Positions 38,103 to 46,562 of a stretch of 64,000 nucleotides of DNA are shown one piece after another. The DNA is from Blastocatellia bacterium (GTDB lineage: Bacteria; Acidobacteriota; Blastocatellia; UBA7656). Numbering within the stretch: the stretch's first letter is position 1; each line of letters begins with the position of its first letter. The stretch lies in the NCBI GenBank assembly GCA_963765495.1, contig CAVXWP010000009.1, positions 608,001-672,000 of the forward strand, in the 5' to 3' direction. Under the pieces are notes generated by a model that worked only from the letters and a program-made list of their open reading frames with translations, made no database searches and was not told the origin of the DNA. Position numbers and translations under genes: made by a program.

Positions 38103-39953
38103 ATGAAACGACTTTGCAGGAAAGTCATCCAGCTGCTTCTACCGATTTTTGCACTCTCTTTGCTGGCACTACCCTCTAAAGCGACATCCGTAGTCATGCT
38201 GTCTGACGACGAGATGGTAGTGACATCGAGGTTCATCCTCACAGGCGAGGTACGCACTGTAACGAGCGCCTGGAACGATGAGCATACGATGATATGGACC
38301 TATGTCGAAATAAAACGCGACCGCCTGCTGAAAGGAAAATTGGGCGCGAAAACCATAGTGCTCAAGCAGCCCGGCGGAACAGTGGGTCAATCGGGGATTC
38401 GCGTCCTGGGCCAGCCCGAGTTTTCACCCGGCCAGCAGGTCTTGCTTTACCTGAATACTTCTCCCGAAGGCTATATCCATGTTGCTCACACCTTCATGGG
38501 CATGTTTTCCATAGTGGAAGACAAAGCGACAGGTAAAAAGATCGTCACTCGCCCGACCGGCAGCAGCGAAGTACAGATTCTATCTCGCAATGATGAACAG
38601 CCTGTGACGGATCGCGCTCCACTAAAAGAGTATCTCAACAAGATCGAAAAGACGCTCAAAGACAAAGCCGCGCGCATCCGAGAAGTCGAAGCCCAGCAGA
38701 GCCTTTATCCTCTAATCACAGAGCCCGATGAGTATTATGTCACCAAAAGAGGTCCGGCTGAGATATTCCCCAATTTCGCATTCATGGGCGACGGGGTGAG
38801 ATGGATGGAGCCGGACTCCGGTCAGCCGGTGGTCTATTATCTAAATCCTGACAGAGCGCCTGTCAGCGGAGGAGGCGCAGCAGAGATCGCTCGCGCTATG
38901 GCTGCATGGGCCGATCAAAGCGGGGCCAACATCCGCCTCGTGGTGAACGGACAGACTTCTAATTGCGGAAACGTGTCCGACGGCGTAAACACCATCTCTT
39001 TCGGAGATTGCCTGAATCAGCTTGACCCGCCGTCAGGCTGCGCCGGAGTAGTCGCCCAGACACAGGTTGCCTGGACTTTTGAATCAAAAACCGTGGGTGG
39101 CCGAACCTTCCAGCGTCTGGTCGAAACCGATCTGGTCTTTAACAAAGGCATGGATTGCTTCCTCGGCATCTCGTCTAATCTGGCCGAAGTGGCCTGTCAC
39201 GAACTCGGGCATTCAATAGGTCTGGCTCATTCGTCCGACAATGCAGCAATCATGAGAGCTTATGCCCATGGTGGAGGACGTGATGCGACACTTGGGGCTG
39301 ACGACATAGCCGGTGTGCTGGCCATATATCCTGCATCTTCGGGTAGCGGAGGAGGGGGCACAGGCGGCGGCGGCACTGGAGGAGGGGGCACTGGAGGAGG
39401 GGGCACTGGCGGCGGCGGAGGTGGTGGCGGCACTGTTACGATTACGAGCAACACCTTGCCCGACGGCGTTGTAGGCCAGTTTTATAACGCACAGTTGACG
39501 GCAAGCGGCGGGACGCCTCCATACAGATGGAGGGTAATCGGCGGCATTCTGCCGCCCGGCTTGCATGTTTCTTCAAACGGAGTGGTTGACGGGTACCCTA
39601 CCACAACCGGGCAGTATTCTGTCTCAGTTGATGTTTACGACAGCACAGGACAGAGCGCCAATTCGGCAGCAAAACGGCTGACCTTAAATGTAGTGAGCGG
39701 TGGCAGCAACTCGCAACCCACCCCCTTTATCACGCGGGTTAAGATAAAGAACTCCAAGAAATTATTCGTATTCGGCGAACATTTCAATGACACCTCTTTG
39801 ATTTTGCTAAACGGAGTTACATTGATCCCGAAATCTTTCAACAGTGAAATAGGCCGCCTTAAATACAAAGGCAGTCTCACTCTCAGGGCCGACGGAGCCA
39901 ATTCCGTGATAGTCATAAACAACGGCAAACAATCGGCTCCTTTCTTTTTCTGA
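38103..39953 (+). CDS. Secreted matrixin (M10-like) zinc metalloprotease with Gly-rich linker and Ig domains
   Basis: HELGHSIGLAH zinc motif, Met-turn AIM, GGGGT linker, LPDG.VG..Y...L.ASGGTPPY Ig domain. Confidence 0.9.
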   Translation: MKRLCRKVIQLLLPIFALSLLALPSKATSVVMLSDDEMVVTSRFILTGEVRTVTSAWNDEHTMIWTYVEIKRDRLLKGKLGAKTIVLKQPGGTVGQSGIRVLGQPEFSPGQQVLLYLNTSPEGYIHVAHTFMGMFSIVEDKATGKKIVTRPTGSSEVQILSRNDEQPVTDRAPLKEYLNKIEKTLKDKAARIREVEAQQSLYPLITEPDEYYVTKRGPAEIFPNFAFMGDGVRWMEPDSGQPVVYYLNPDRAPVSGGGAAEIARAMAAWADQSGANIRLVVNGQTSNCGNVSDGVNTISFGDCLNQLDPPSGCAGVVAQTQVAWTFESKTVGGRTFQRLVETDLVFNKGMDCFLGISSNLAEVACHELGHSIGLAHSSDNAAIMRAYAHGGGRDATLGADDIAGVLAIYPASSGSGGGGTGGGGTGGGGTGGGGTGGGGGGGGTVTITSNTLPDGVVGQFYNAQLTASGGTPPYRWRVIGGILPPGLHVSSNGVVDGYPTTTGQYSVSVDVYDSTGQSANSAAKRLTLNVVSGGSNSQPTPFITRVKIKNSKKLFVFGEHFNDTSLILLNGVTLIPKSFNSEIGRLKYKGSLTLRADGANSVIVINNGKQSAPFFF

Positions 39954-40075
39954 GCCGGTCTGAGAGGGGCCAAAACAGCCGTTGCAATCTCAGAACGGGA
40001 CCACAAAATCGCAGGTGGCCCCGTAAAACAAGGTGGAAATTCTTTCCCTTATCTGATAATGTTTCTGGTCTTGAA

Positions 40076-40148
40076 GGGCGCTTAGCTCAGTCGGTAGAGC
40101 ACTGTCTTCACACGGCAGGGGTCACTGGTTCGAGTCCAGTAGCGCCCA
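40076..40148 (+). tRNA. tRNA-Val (CAC); 3' CCA not encoded
   Basis: Acceptor GGGCGCT/AGCGCCC, D arm GCTC/GAGC, anticodon stem CTGTC-TTCACAC-GGCAG, T arm ACTGG-TTCGAGT-CCAGT. Confidence 0.97.
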
Positions 40149-40155
40149 CTTTTAG
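40107..40155 (+). repeat. attL core (49-bp direct repeat)
   Basis: Identical to 63925-63973. Confidence 0.95.
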
Positions 40156-40169
40156 AATCAATTAATTAC

Positions 40170-40191
40170 AGCCACCTGCGAGGTGGCTTTT
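40170..40191 (+). terminator. Terminator after the tRNA
   Basis: AGCCACCT-GCG-AGGTGGCT-TTT. Confidence 0.75.
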
Positions 40192-40357
40192 CTTATTTAG
40201 TCAACCATATAGTCAACCATTGGCCTTCATGTCTTAATTTGGATGGTCTAAGAGAAATACCTGCATTGTTGTGAGATTTCAATTTGTTGGAATTGATCGA
40301 GGGAATTCATCAATTCAACTATGAAGGCAGGTATTAGGCAAGCCAAACCCTTCTAAT

Positions 40358-40621
40358 TTACTGAACCATTGCTGATTCTACAACCTCAAACGATGAATCA
40401 AATATCAGTAGTTGCCCACAGTCGCCGCAATAGGCAAAGTGATGCATGCAAGCATTCACAAACGTAGCGCGCAATTCCCGCGCTCGTTCTTTTGCCTTAG
40501 CTTCGGCCGCACCGATCACCGGGCCGGATGGGTTGAAGACAACGAAGCGACAGCCGCATAAGCAACGCATGCTCCATTCGACAGGCACGCGGCCATCGTA
40601 TGCTGGAATACCTGTAAGCAT
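40358..40621 (-). CDS. Small Cys-rich (CxC...CxxC) hypothetical protein
   Basis: 87-aa ORF downstream of the repressor; RCLCGC and YCGDCG. Confidence 0.5.
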   Translation of the reverse strand: MLTGIPAYDGRVPVEWSMRCLCGCRFVVFNPSGPVIGAAEAKAKERARELRATFVNACMHHFAYCGDCGQLLIFDSSFEVVESAMVQ

Positions 40622-40769
40622 GTTCTAACCTGCCCGCCATCTGCCTCGCGTCGCGCTCGACCCATTGAGGGTTCGGCACGGTCGCAATCTCGGCTCCCTT
40701 TCGAGCCATTGGATGTGTGATGAGTTGAAGGCAGCCGACATCAAGCCTCGATCAAATAGACCAGACATA

Positions 40770-40997
40770 TCAAGTCTTTCTGCTCGTCGCACTTGCATCA
40801 ATCCACATCAAGAGCATGCCCGGTTGTACCTGTAGGGTCTGACATAACCGCTCAAGCGTATCTAATGCGGCCATCTTTGCTGTGCCGTTCCAGATGCGGT
40901 ATATGCTCGCGTAGGGTATGCCTGATCTGTCAGCCAAGTCTTTAGCGTTCCTGATGCCCTTCGCCTCTGCCACTTCCTGAACATTCCATTTCATCAT
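40770..40997 (-). CDS. Cro/CI-type (XRE) HTH repressor
   Basis: DLADRSGIPYASIYRI...LDTLERLCQTLQVQPGMLL; GGAGG RBS. Confidence 0.9.
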   Translation of the reverse strand: MMKWNVQEVAEAKGIRNAKDLADRSGIPYASIYRIWNGTAKMAALDTLERLCQTLQVQPGMLLMWIDASATSRKT

Positions 40998-41010
40998 AGC
41001 CTCCGCAGTC

Positions 41011-41188
41011 TATCACAACTTGCTTTCAGAGTATCACGAAGTTGAAATAATTACAAGAGAGTGATAAACAGAAGTTATAGCGAATTATCACGATAGAATA
41101 TATTTTATAGGTTTTGACCTTAAAAAAAGAAGGTAAATTTTCATCTTTGTGATATTTTTATCTTGATTGAATTTCACTTTCGTGATAA
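41011..41188. promoter_or_regulatory. Operator array in the divergent control region
   Basis: Repeated imperfect palindromes TATCAC-N4-GTGATA, e.g. TATCACGAAGTTGAAA, TTACAAGAGAGTGATA, TTTCATCTTTGTGATA, TTTCACTTTCGTGATA. Confidence 0.65.
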
Positions 41189-41207
41189 TATCTCCCTTGT
41201 CAGTTGA

Positions 41208-41219
41208 TGCTCTTTGACA
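41208..41219 (+). promoter_or_regulatory. boxA-like antitermination site
   Basis: TGCTCTTTGACA versus rrn boxA TGCTCTTTAACA, just downstream of the operator/promoter region. Confidence 0.6.
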
Positions 41220-41369
41220 ATCTAGCGCGAAGCTCTCAGGCCGGAGTTAAAGGAAGAACCCGGAAGAACGCGACGAGCGCAAAGGCAGGTCAAATATAGT
41301 AACCTGTCTGACAACACCGCAAACACTCACCTTAAACAATTCACCAATTCAAATCAGGAGGCTTTCACA

Positions 41370-41492
41370 ATGAAAGAGCAGCGCACACTTGAGCAAGTCA
41401 AGGCAGGTGACATACCGCAGGTTGAGTTTGAAATGACCGCCGAAGACTTTGACGAATGGTTGCACGAGGATGACCAAGATTATCCGTTCTAA
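41370..41492 (+). CDS. 40-aa acidic peptide ending DDQDYPF (absent from the ORF track)
   Basis: AGGAGG RBS; MKEQRTLEQVKAGDIPQVEFEMTAEDFDEWLHEDDQDYPF. Confidence 0.7.
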   Translation: MKEQRTLEQVKAGDIPQVEFEMTAEDFDEWLHEDDQDYPF

Positions 41493-41573
41493 CAGCGAAG
41501 AGGCTAGATGGCTGGAACCCATCTAGCCTCTCGAAACTTCCACCGATTAAACGATGAAAGGATTTACATTCAA

Positions 41574-41867
41574 ATGAAGACTAACACGGCACCGACCGAC
41601 ATTCAATCACTCACGAACGACTTTTACCCGACCGCTTACAGCCTTCAACTACAGGCCGAAGAATTAGCCGCAGCCGATGACTTTGAAGGCTACAGCGAAT
41701 GGAGCGAAGACATTGAAGCCATCCGATTGGCAGAAGAGGAAGCCAAAGCATGGGAAGGCGCGAAGCCGGTTGTTTTGGATGATGGCGCGCAAGTGCTTAT
41801 CAAGCGCGAATGCGATCATACAGAGTGCTGGGTCCAAGTGCAAGAGATCGGAGAATTGGAGGCATAG
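41574..41867 (+). CDS. Acidic phage-like hypothetical protein
   Basis: GAAAGGA RBS; D/E-rich 97 aa. Confidence 0.65.
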   Translation: MKTNTAPTDIQSLTNDFYPTAYSLQLQAEELAAADDFEGYSEWSEDIEAIRLAEEEAKAWEGAKPVVLDDGAQVLIKRECDHTECWVQVQEIGELEA

Positions 41868-41871
41868 AGAT

Positions 41872-42154
41872 ATGAATCTGATTTGTTTTTCTGCAATCAA
41901 GGCAATCGGGCCGGGTGATGTATCAATTTGCATCACCCGGTTTACCGCGCCAAGGAGGCAAGGAAATTGCGCCCGCTCACAAAGATTGCCATGTTGCTTA
42001 TCATTCTAACTCATGGCGACTTCCGCGCATTCGGCCGCATTGGCGGTCAGATCACGCGACAACAAAGCGATGGGCTTTCAATCTTCGCAATGTCCGAACC
42101 CATCCCGCTCACGAAATAAACCGGGCATTCTACACAGCCCATTATTCACACTGA
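41872..42154 (+). pseudogene. Frameshifted HNH-like protein
   Basis: Joining frames gives INLHHPVYR..QGGKEIAPAHKDCHVAYHS, an HNH-type pattern. Confidence 0.5.
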
Positions 42155-42201
42155 CCAAGCCGGGGCAGGCAATGAGCTTGCCCCACATTGGAGGAAAGAC
42201 C

Positions 42202-42561
42202 ATGAATATTCATCAGATACCAGCAGCAATTGAGAGCAAACAACAGGAGTTGATAACCGACAGTGAAGACCTCGCAATTGTGCGAGAGCAGATCAAAGAT
42301 GCAGAGCTTGAGGCAATCTGCGAAGCGTCCGACGCTCGCAACGAAGACGGAAAGCAAATGTACACAAACGATAAACAACGCGAGCGCGCCGCCCGGCAGA
42401 GCATGAGAGCAGTCGCGCAGTACCAGAGGGACCGTGAGACAGCCCGAATACTTGAGCGCCGGGTTGCCTTGCTCACAGCAGAGATCGAGCGAATGCGCCG
42501 AGATTATCGCATCGCATTGATTGACTACGAACGCGTGCAATTAGGCCAGCGCGCAGCATGA
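42202..42561 (+). CDS. Coiled-coil phage-like hypothetical protein
   Basis: GGAGG RBS before MNIHQ; followed by a terminator. Confidence 0.7.
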   Translation: MNIHQIPAAIESKQQELITDSEDLAIVREQIKDAELEAICEASDARNEDGKQMYTNDKQRERAARQSMRAVAQYQRDRETARILERRVALLTAEIERMRRDYRIALIDYERVQLGQRAA

Positions 42562-42568
42562 GGTATAA

Positions 42569-42605
42569 CGGGCCGGTTTCAACAAGTAGACCGGCCCGCC
42601 CTTTT
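42569..42605 (+). terminator. Intrinsic terminator ending the early operon
   Basis: CGGGCCGGT...ACCGGCCCG-CCCTTTT. Confidence 0.7.
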
Positions 42606-42640
42606 GGGTCAAAGATTACACCTACAACCCCATTCTTATG

Positions 42641-42669
42641 GTGACATAGACCGCCAAAAGTAGTATGCT
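42641..42669 (+). promoter_or_regulatory. Possible sigma-70-type promoter for the TPR gene
   Basis: GTGACA-17 nt-TATGCT. Confidence 0.4.
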
Positions 42670-42727
42670 CACCAAGCCATCCCCAGGTGGTTTCACTTGC
42701 ATTCGGTTTGCGAGTGAAAGTCTCAAG

Positions 42728-42973
42728 CTACAGATGGAGTCTGATGATTTCCGATAGTGTGCCGATCACAATCCAGACACTTCTCAAGGATGAAACTCCA
42801 CTATCTTCATCCTTATTGATTGGCTGACGACTTGGAGATGTCCCTGGCAGATTATGACCATCATCAGCTACGGCCACAGATTGAAAACTTACGCCTTGAT
42901 TGCTCATAGGCGTAGAAAGGAGGGGAACCGACAACGTGCAGCACAGAGCCGCTATCAAGAATTTTGCTTTCAT
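42728..42973 (-). CDS. 81-aa secreted/membrane peptide (signal peptide - DDGHNLPG - hydrophobic tail)
   Basis: GAGGT RBS; MKAKFLIAALCCTLSVPLL...SVAVA|DDGHNLPGTSPS...LRSVWIVIGTLSEIIRLHL. Confidence 0.6.
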   Translation of the reverse strand: MKAKFLIAALCCTLSVPLLSTPMSNQGVSFQSVAVADDGHNLPGTSPSRQPINKDEDSGVSSLRSVWIVIGTLSEIIRLHL

Positions 42974-43844
42974 ACTTACCTCTGTTAGTAGATTTTCGAG
43001 CTTATCTCTGCAAGACAGAGAGAAGCTGTTGCGTGGGTTGGTTTCTCTCGGAGACACAGCCTATGCACTCCGGCAATGGGACAGGCTGGAAGATGTTGGG
43101 AAAGCACTTGTCAGCCTGCCCCTGCCGGATTCAAAAAAGGCAATTGGATATTACTTCCAAGGACTCGCGGCCAATCCTAAAGCCAAAGGAGATAACCGCA
43201 AAGCCTGCTCGCTATTTGCTCGTGTTATAGACCAAGCCCCGCTTTACTTCCGAGCTAAAGCATTGGTTTCTATCGGCTGCCAAAATATTGCTGCGGGCAA
43301 CTGGCAGCAAGGCTATAACTACAATATCCAAGCTGCGTCATTAGCCACTCAATCGGAAGACTGGCTGACAGTAATCAATGCTCATAGCGCCATAGCAATC
43401 TTGCATTCGTTTGAAGGCGATCATCGCCGCGCCCTTGATAAATTGGAATCGCTATGGCCAATGGTGCGAGCGATCCACCGCGCCAATCCTGTTGCATACC
43501 TGGACTATCTCAACTCATTAGCCATTGAACTCAGCGAAGTAGGCCACACCGATCAGGCCCGCAACGCCATAAACATCGCTCTCAGTTCGTCTTTAGCCGT
43601 TCTCTATCCAGAATGGCACGAAACCGCCCGCGAGATTGAGCAAATCGCATCAGCGCCGGTTATTGTCATAGTTCCTGATCTTCAGCCGGAAACTCAATCT
43701 AAGCCGGAAAAAGTTCTTATCATCCTGCCTGTAGATACTTCGTCTCAGGCATCACCAAAGCTACTGCCCATAGCCTTTGCGATAGTCAGCATATCTGTGC
43801 TGATCTGTAAGAGTCGCCCTGCTCGCGCTCCACCTCTATTTTGA
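42936..43844 (+). CDS. TPR-like helical repeat protein ending in RAPP
   Basis: AAGGAGGGG RBS before GTG; TPR-like helices; C-terminus SRPARAPPLF. Confidence 0.75.
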   Translation: MQHRAAIKNFAFILTSVSRFSSLSLQDREKLLRGLVSLGDTAYALRQWDRLEDVGKALVSLPLPDSKKAIGYYFQGLAANPKAKGDNRKACSLFARVIDQAPLYFRAKALVSIGCQNIAAGNWQQGYNYNIQAASLATQSEDWLTVINAHSAIAILHSFEGDHRRALDKLESLWPMVRAIHRANPVAYLDYLNSLAIELSEVGHTDQARNAINIALSSSLAVLYPEWHETAREIEQIASAPVIVIVPDLQPETQSKPEKVLIILPVDTSSQASPKLLPIAFAIVSISVLICKSRPARAPPLF

Positions 43845-44008
43845 AACTTCCTCAAAAATCTAGCCGGTAATCCTGACCGGGCATACCTACACTTATCCCC
43901 GGATAAATATAGGTGTGCTTGATTGTAGAACCGGAGCGGGCCAGTTCCCTGGAAAGTTCTTGACCCGCTCCATCTGTCATAACCGCCAATTAAGGAGGAA
44001 ACGACTGT

Positions 44009-44467
44009 ATGAGTATAGTGGATAAACTTACTTTTGAAGAAACTGACTTGAGCAAATCTCTGTTGGAAACTAAATGTATAGCTGCGCTGGTTGCTCAAAT
44101 TATCGGGGATGAACCCGCAGCTAGTATTCTTACTGCGCCGGGTGATGAGCTTGCGGATTTGCTAATGACAATTCGCAGAGGTATCACTGGCTCACCCGAA
44201 GAAATCCAACGAGCAGTCACAACAATAGATGAGGCTATCGAGTTATGCTTTCTGCATTCTGAGGCATACACGGCCGCATTTGAGCTATTCAAGCTTGAGA
44301 AATCAGGCGAGTTAGTAAGCGACACAACGGCCAGAAGCATTATAAACGAGGCCATAGAACAAGTCGAAATCCACAGCGAAGTATCAGCGAGCAAGAGCGA
44401 ACAGAGCAAGATTGAATCTTTTGAACAGCACGAAGATCACAAAGAAAGGCAAAAAGGGCAAAATTGA
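44009..44467 (+). CDS. Acidic hypothetical protein
   Basis: AAGGAGG RBS, 152 aa, followed by a hairpin. Confidence 0.7.
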   Translation: MSIVDKLTFEETDLSKSLLETKCIAALVAQIIGDEPAASILTAPGDELADLLMTIRRGITGSPEEIQRAVTTIDEAIELCFLHSEAYTAAFELFKLEKSGELVSDTTARSIINEAIEQVEIHSEVSASKSEQSKIESFEQHEDHKERQKGQN

Positions 44468-44488
44468 ATCGAGCAGAAAGAAATGATC

Positions 44489-44515
44489 ATGGGGCAAGAA
44501 TTGTTCTTGCCCCAT
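44489..44515. terminator. Stem-loop between convergent genes
   Basis: ATGGGGCAAGAA-TTG-TTCTTGCCCCAT. Confidence 0.7.
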
Positions 44516-44766
44516 TATCATTTAATGAAATTCTCACGAATTTTGCCAGCCATATCGGTGTTTGCTTATCTGAGCCATACACCCTTATCACCAGGAGACG
44601 ATGGCTCTATGTCAAGAGTCAAACAAACGTGTAATCTTCAAGTGCTTGCCTCTTTACAGTAATACCAGCAGCACACTGTAAGGAAACAGTAATTGAAATG
44701 AATGCAATCAACTAAAAAAATCCGGGTAATGGTAGCAGCATAAGCCGAAAAGGAATCTTTTCGGCG

Positions 44767-46119
44767 CTATTTTTTCTTACCACAACCACCATCAAGACTA
44801 TCTCGCCATTGTCTGTGCTGCCATGAGAGTTTGCCTTTGTTGAATCTGACTTGCCAAAGATGGAATTGATCCTCTTGATTCTCGTGCTCCAAATCCCAAA
44901 AAGAATGAAGTCCTCCATCCTTCCAAAATTCGTAAACTCCTGCCATGCCATTTACGAACTCTTTCTGCTTAGCTAAGTTTTCAAATTGCTTTCCTATAGC
45001 CTCACGAGAAATGTCCGGGGAGGCTTTGGATAAAACTTGCTTTGCAATCAAAATGGCATCGTGTCCATATGCATAAAAAGAAGGTATATCAGCGTAAGAA
45101 CTATTTTCACGGCTAATGTTATAATAGAAATCTCGCGGTGCACCGAATGGAAATACTCCCCATACACATTCTGCATCATTACCTGCGTCATTAATAAACT
45201 CTTGAGTAGTGCTACCATCACTAACTATTACGATAGGTTTTCCCACAGGAAGTCTCAAACGCTTACGTAGCCTAGTAATTGTGCGAACTAATTGAATAGC
45301 TTTATCCGTCATACCAAAAAGGAGAATGGCATCCAGAGGCGTTTTTTTGTTTAAGAGCATTTGTTCCATCATGTAATCCAAATTGGCTTCATCAAAATCT
45401 TTAATTCTAGGCATGCAGCGGGTTCTTTTAGCTCCTTTCAGGGCTTTGTCAAACTCCCAACAAAGATTTTCTGAATATGCAGCATTATCCTTGTCCTTTA
45501 GAATTAGCAGATTGCATTCTTTGGTGGCGAAAGTATCCCCAAGCCCATTTACTATTTGCGCAGCTTGTTGGTAATTAGAAGGGGGAAGTCGAAGGATAGG
45601 GTAGTTCCAGTTGTCCTTGTTAGGTTTAGTCAAGTCTGTGCTTGTCGCTGCAATTAAGATAACAGGCATTTTATACCGATTGTAAACTGTGAGGGCTTTG
45701 GTCGCAACTTCGCTTTCGACAAAGCCCATCACCATAATATAATTCTCGTCTCTGCAAATGGTTTCAGCAATCTGCTGAGACATCTCTGGTACGTCCTTAT
45801 CGTCGTGTTGGATAAACTGAATATTAATATTCTTGCCCTTCAGTTCATTCAATAAGCCCGAATCTATTGCTGCATCAATACCGGCCTTAATCCCTGCCCA
45901 TGTCTGTTCTTCTTTACCTTTTACAGGGCCGACAAGTGCAATTTTGTATTCACTTAATTTTGGCGTGGGTTTTATGATCTCCCAAACCTTCACTCCGAGT
46001 ACAATGATTGAAGCAGCCAATATGAGAAAACTGAGTAAAGCAATGATCAGTGCCCAAGGCCGACGCTCCTTATATGCTCGCCTTGATTGCTCAAAATAGT
46101 CTTTTAGTTTATCTATCAT
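44767..46119 (-). CDS. Membrane-anchored type 1 periplasmic-binding (LivJ-like) protein
   Basis: N-terminal TM; KIALVGP, DDKD.PE, VMGFVES, LRLPPSN..QA, YAYGHDA. Confidence 0.8.
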   Translation of the reverse strand: MIDKLKDYFEQSRRAYKERRPWALIIALLSFLILAASIIVLGVKVWEIIKPTPKLSEYKIALVGPVKGKEEQTWAGIKAGIDAAIDSGLLNELKGKNINIQFIQHDDKDVPEMSQQIAETICRDENYIMVMGFVESEVATKALTVYNRYKMPVILIAATSTDLTKPNKDNWNYPILRLPPSNYQQAAQIVNGLGDTFATKECNLLILKDKDNAAYSENLCWEFDKALKGAKRTRCMPRIKDFDEANLDYMMEQMLLNKKTPLDAILLFGMTDKAIQLVRTITRLRKRLRLPVGKPIVIVSDGSTTQEFINDAGNDAECVWGVFPFGAPRDFYYNISRENSSYADIPSFYAYGHDAILIAKQVLSKASPDISREAIGKQFENLAKQKEFVNGMAGVYEFWKDGGLHSFWDLEHENQEDQFHLWQVRFNKGKLSWQHRQWRDSLDGGCGKKK

Positions 46120-46233
46120 CTATGCAACCCGATTGGCACAACTATATGTAGTTTCTACCGCAATAGATGAGCTAAGACAAGAGCAGACTCTTCCGAAACT
46201 TCTGAGTAAGGGCGCTTTTGATACTAAAGACTG

Positions 46234-46404
46234 CTAATTTGCTTGACGAGGCTCTTTCCTATTTGGCAAAACAGCCACGTTCTCTTGTCCAACTGGCAAC
46301 CAGATAACCTTCTTTTCTTTTTCGACAGTTGACTTGCTATTCTCTATTTGGCTACCAGCTTGTTGGCTTTGCTTAATTTTGTCTTCATCTTCTCTTGACA
46401 TCAT
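46234..46404 (-). CDS. 56-aa hypothetical peptide (absent from the ORF track)
   Basis: GAGG RBS; MMSREDEDKIKQSQQAGSQIENSKSTVEKEKKVIWLPVGQENVAVLPNRKEPRQAN. Confidence 0.45.
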   Translation of the reverse strand: MMSREDEDKIKQSQQAGSQIENSKSTVEKEKKVIWLPVGQENVAVLPNRKEPRQAN

Positions 46405-46458
46405 GAAAACCTCAAAGAAATGTTACTACTTTGTTATAGGAGCCGTAAACTGTCAAAC

Positions 46459-46560
46459 TACAGCGGGTTGCAATCGAATGAAGAGACAAGTATGGGAAAT
46501 GCCTGTATCCGTGCAATATGTTGTTGAATCAATCTACTCACTCGTCTGCAACCCGCTGTA
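46459..46560. mobile_element. ~100-bp MITE-like element
   Basis: Perfect 14-bp terminal IR TACAGCGGGTTGCA / TGCAACCCGCTGTA with TA at both ends (IS630-like). Confidence 0.6.
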
Positions 46561-46562
46561 AA

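Noticed and set aside
39340-39432. G-rich repeat as a regulatory or G-quadruplex element
   Set aside because: Explained by the GGGGT peptide linker of the matrixin
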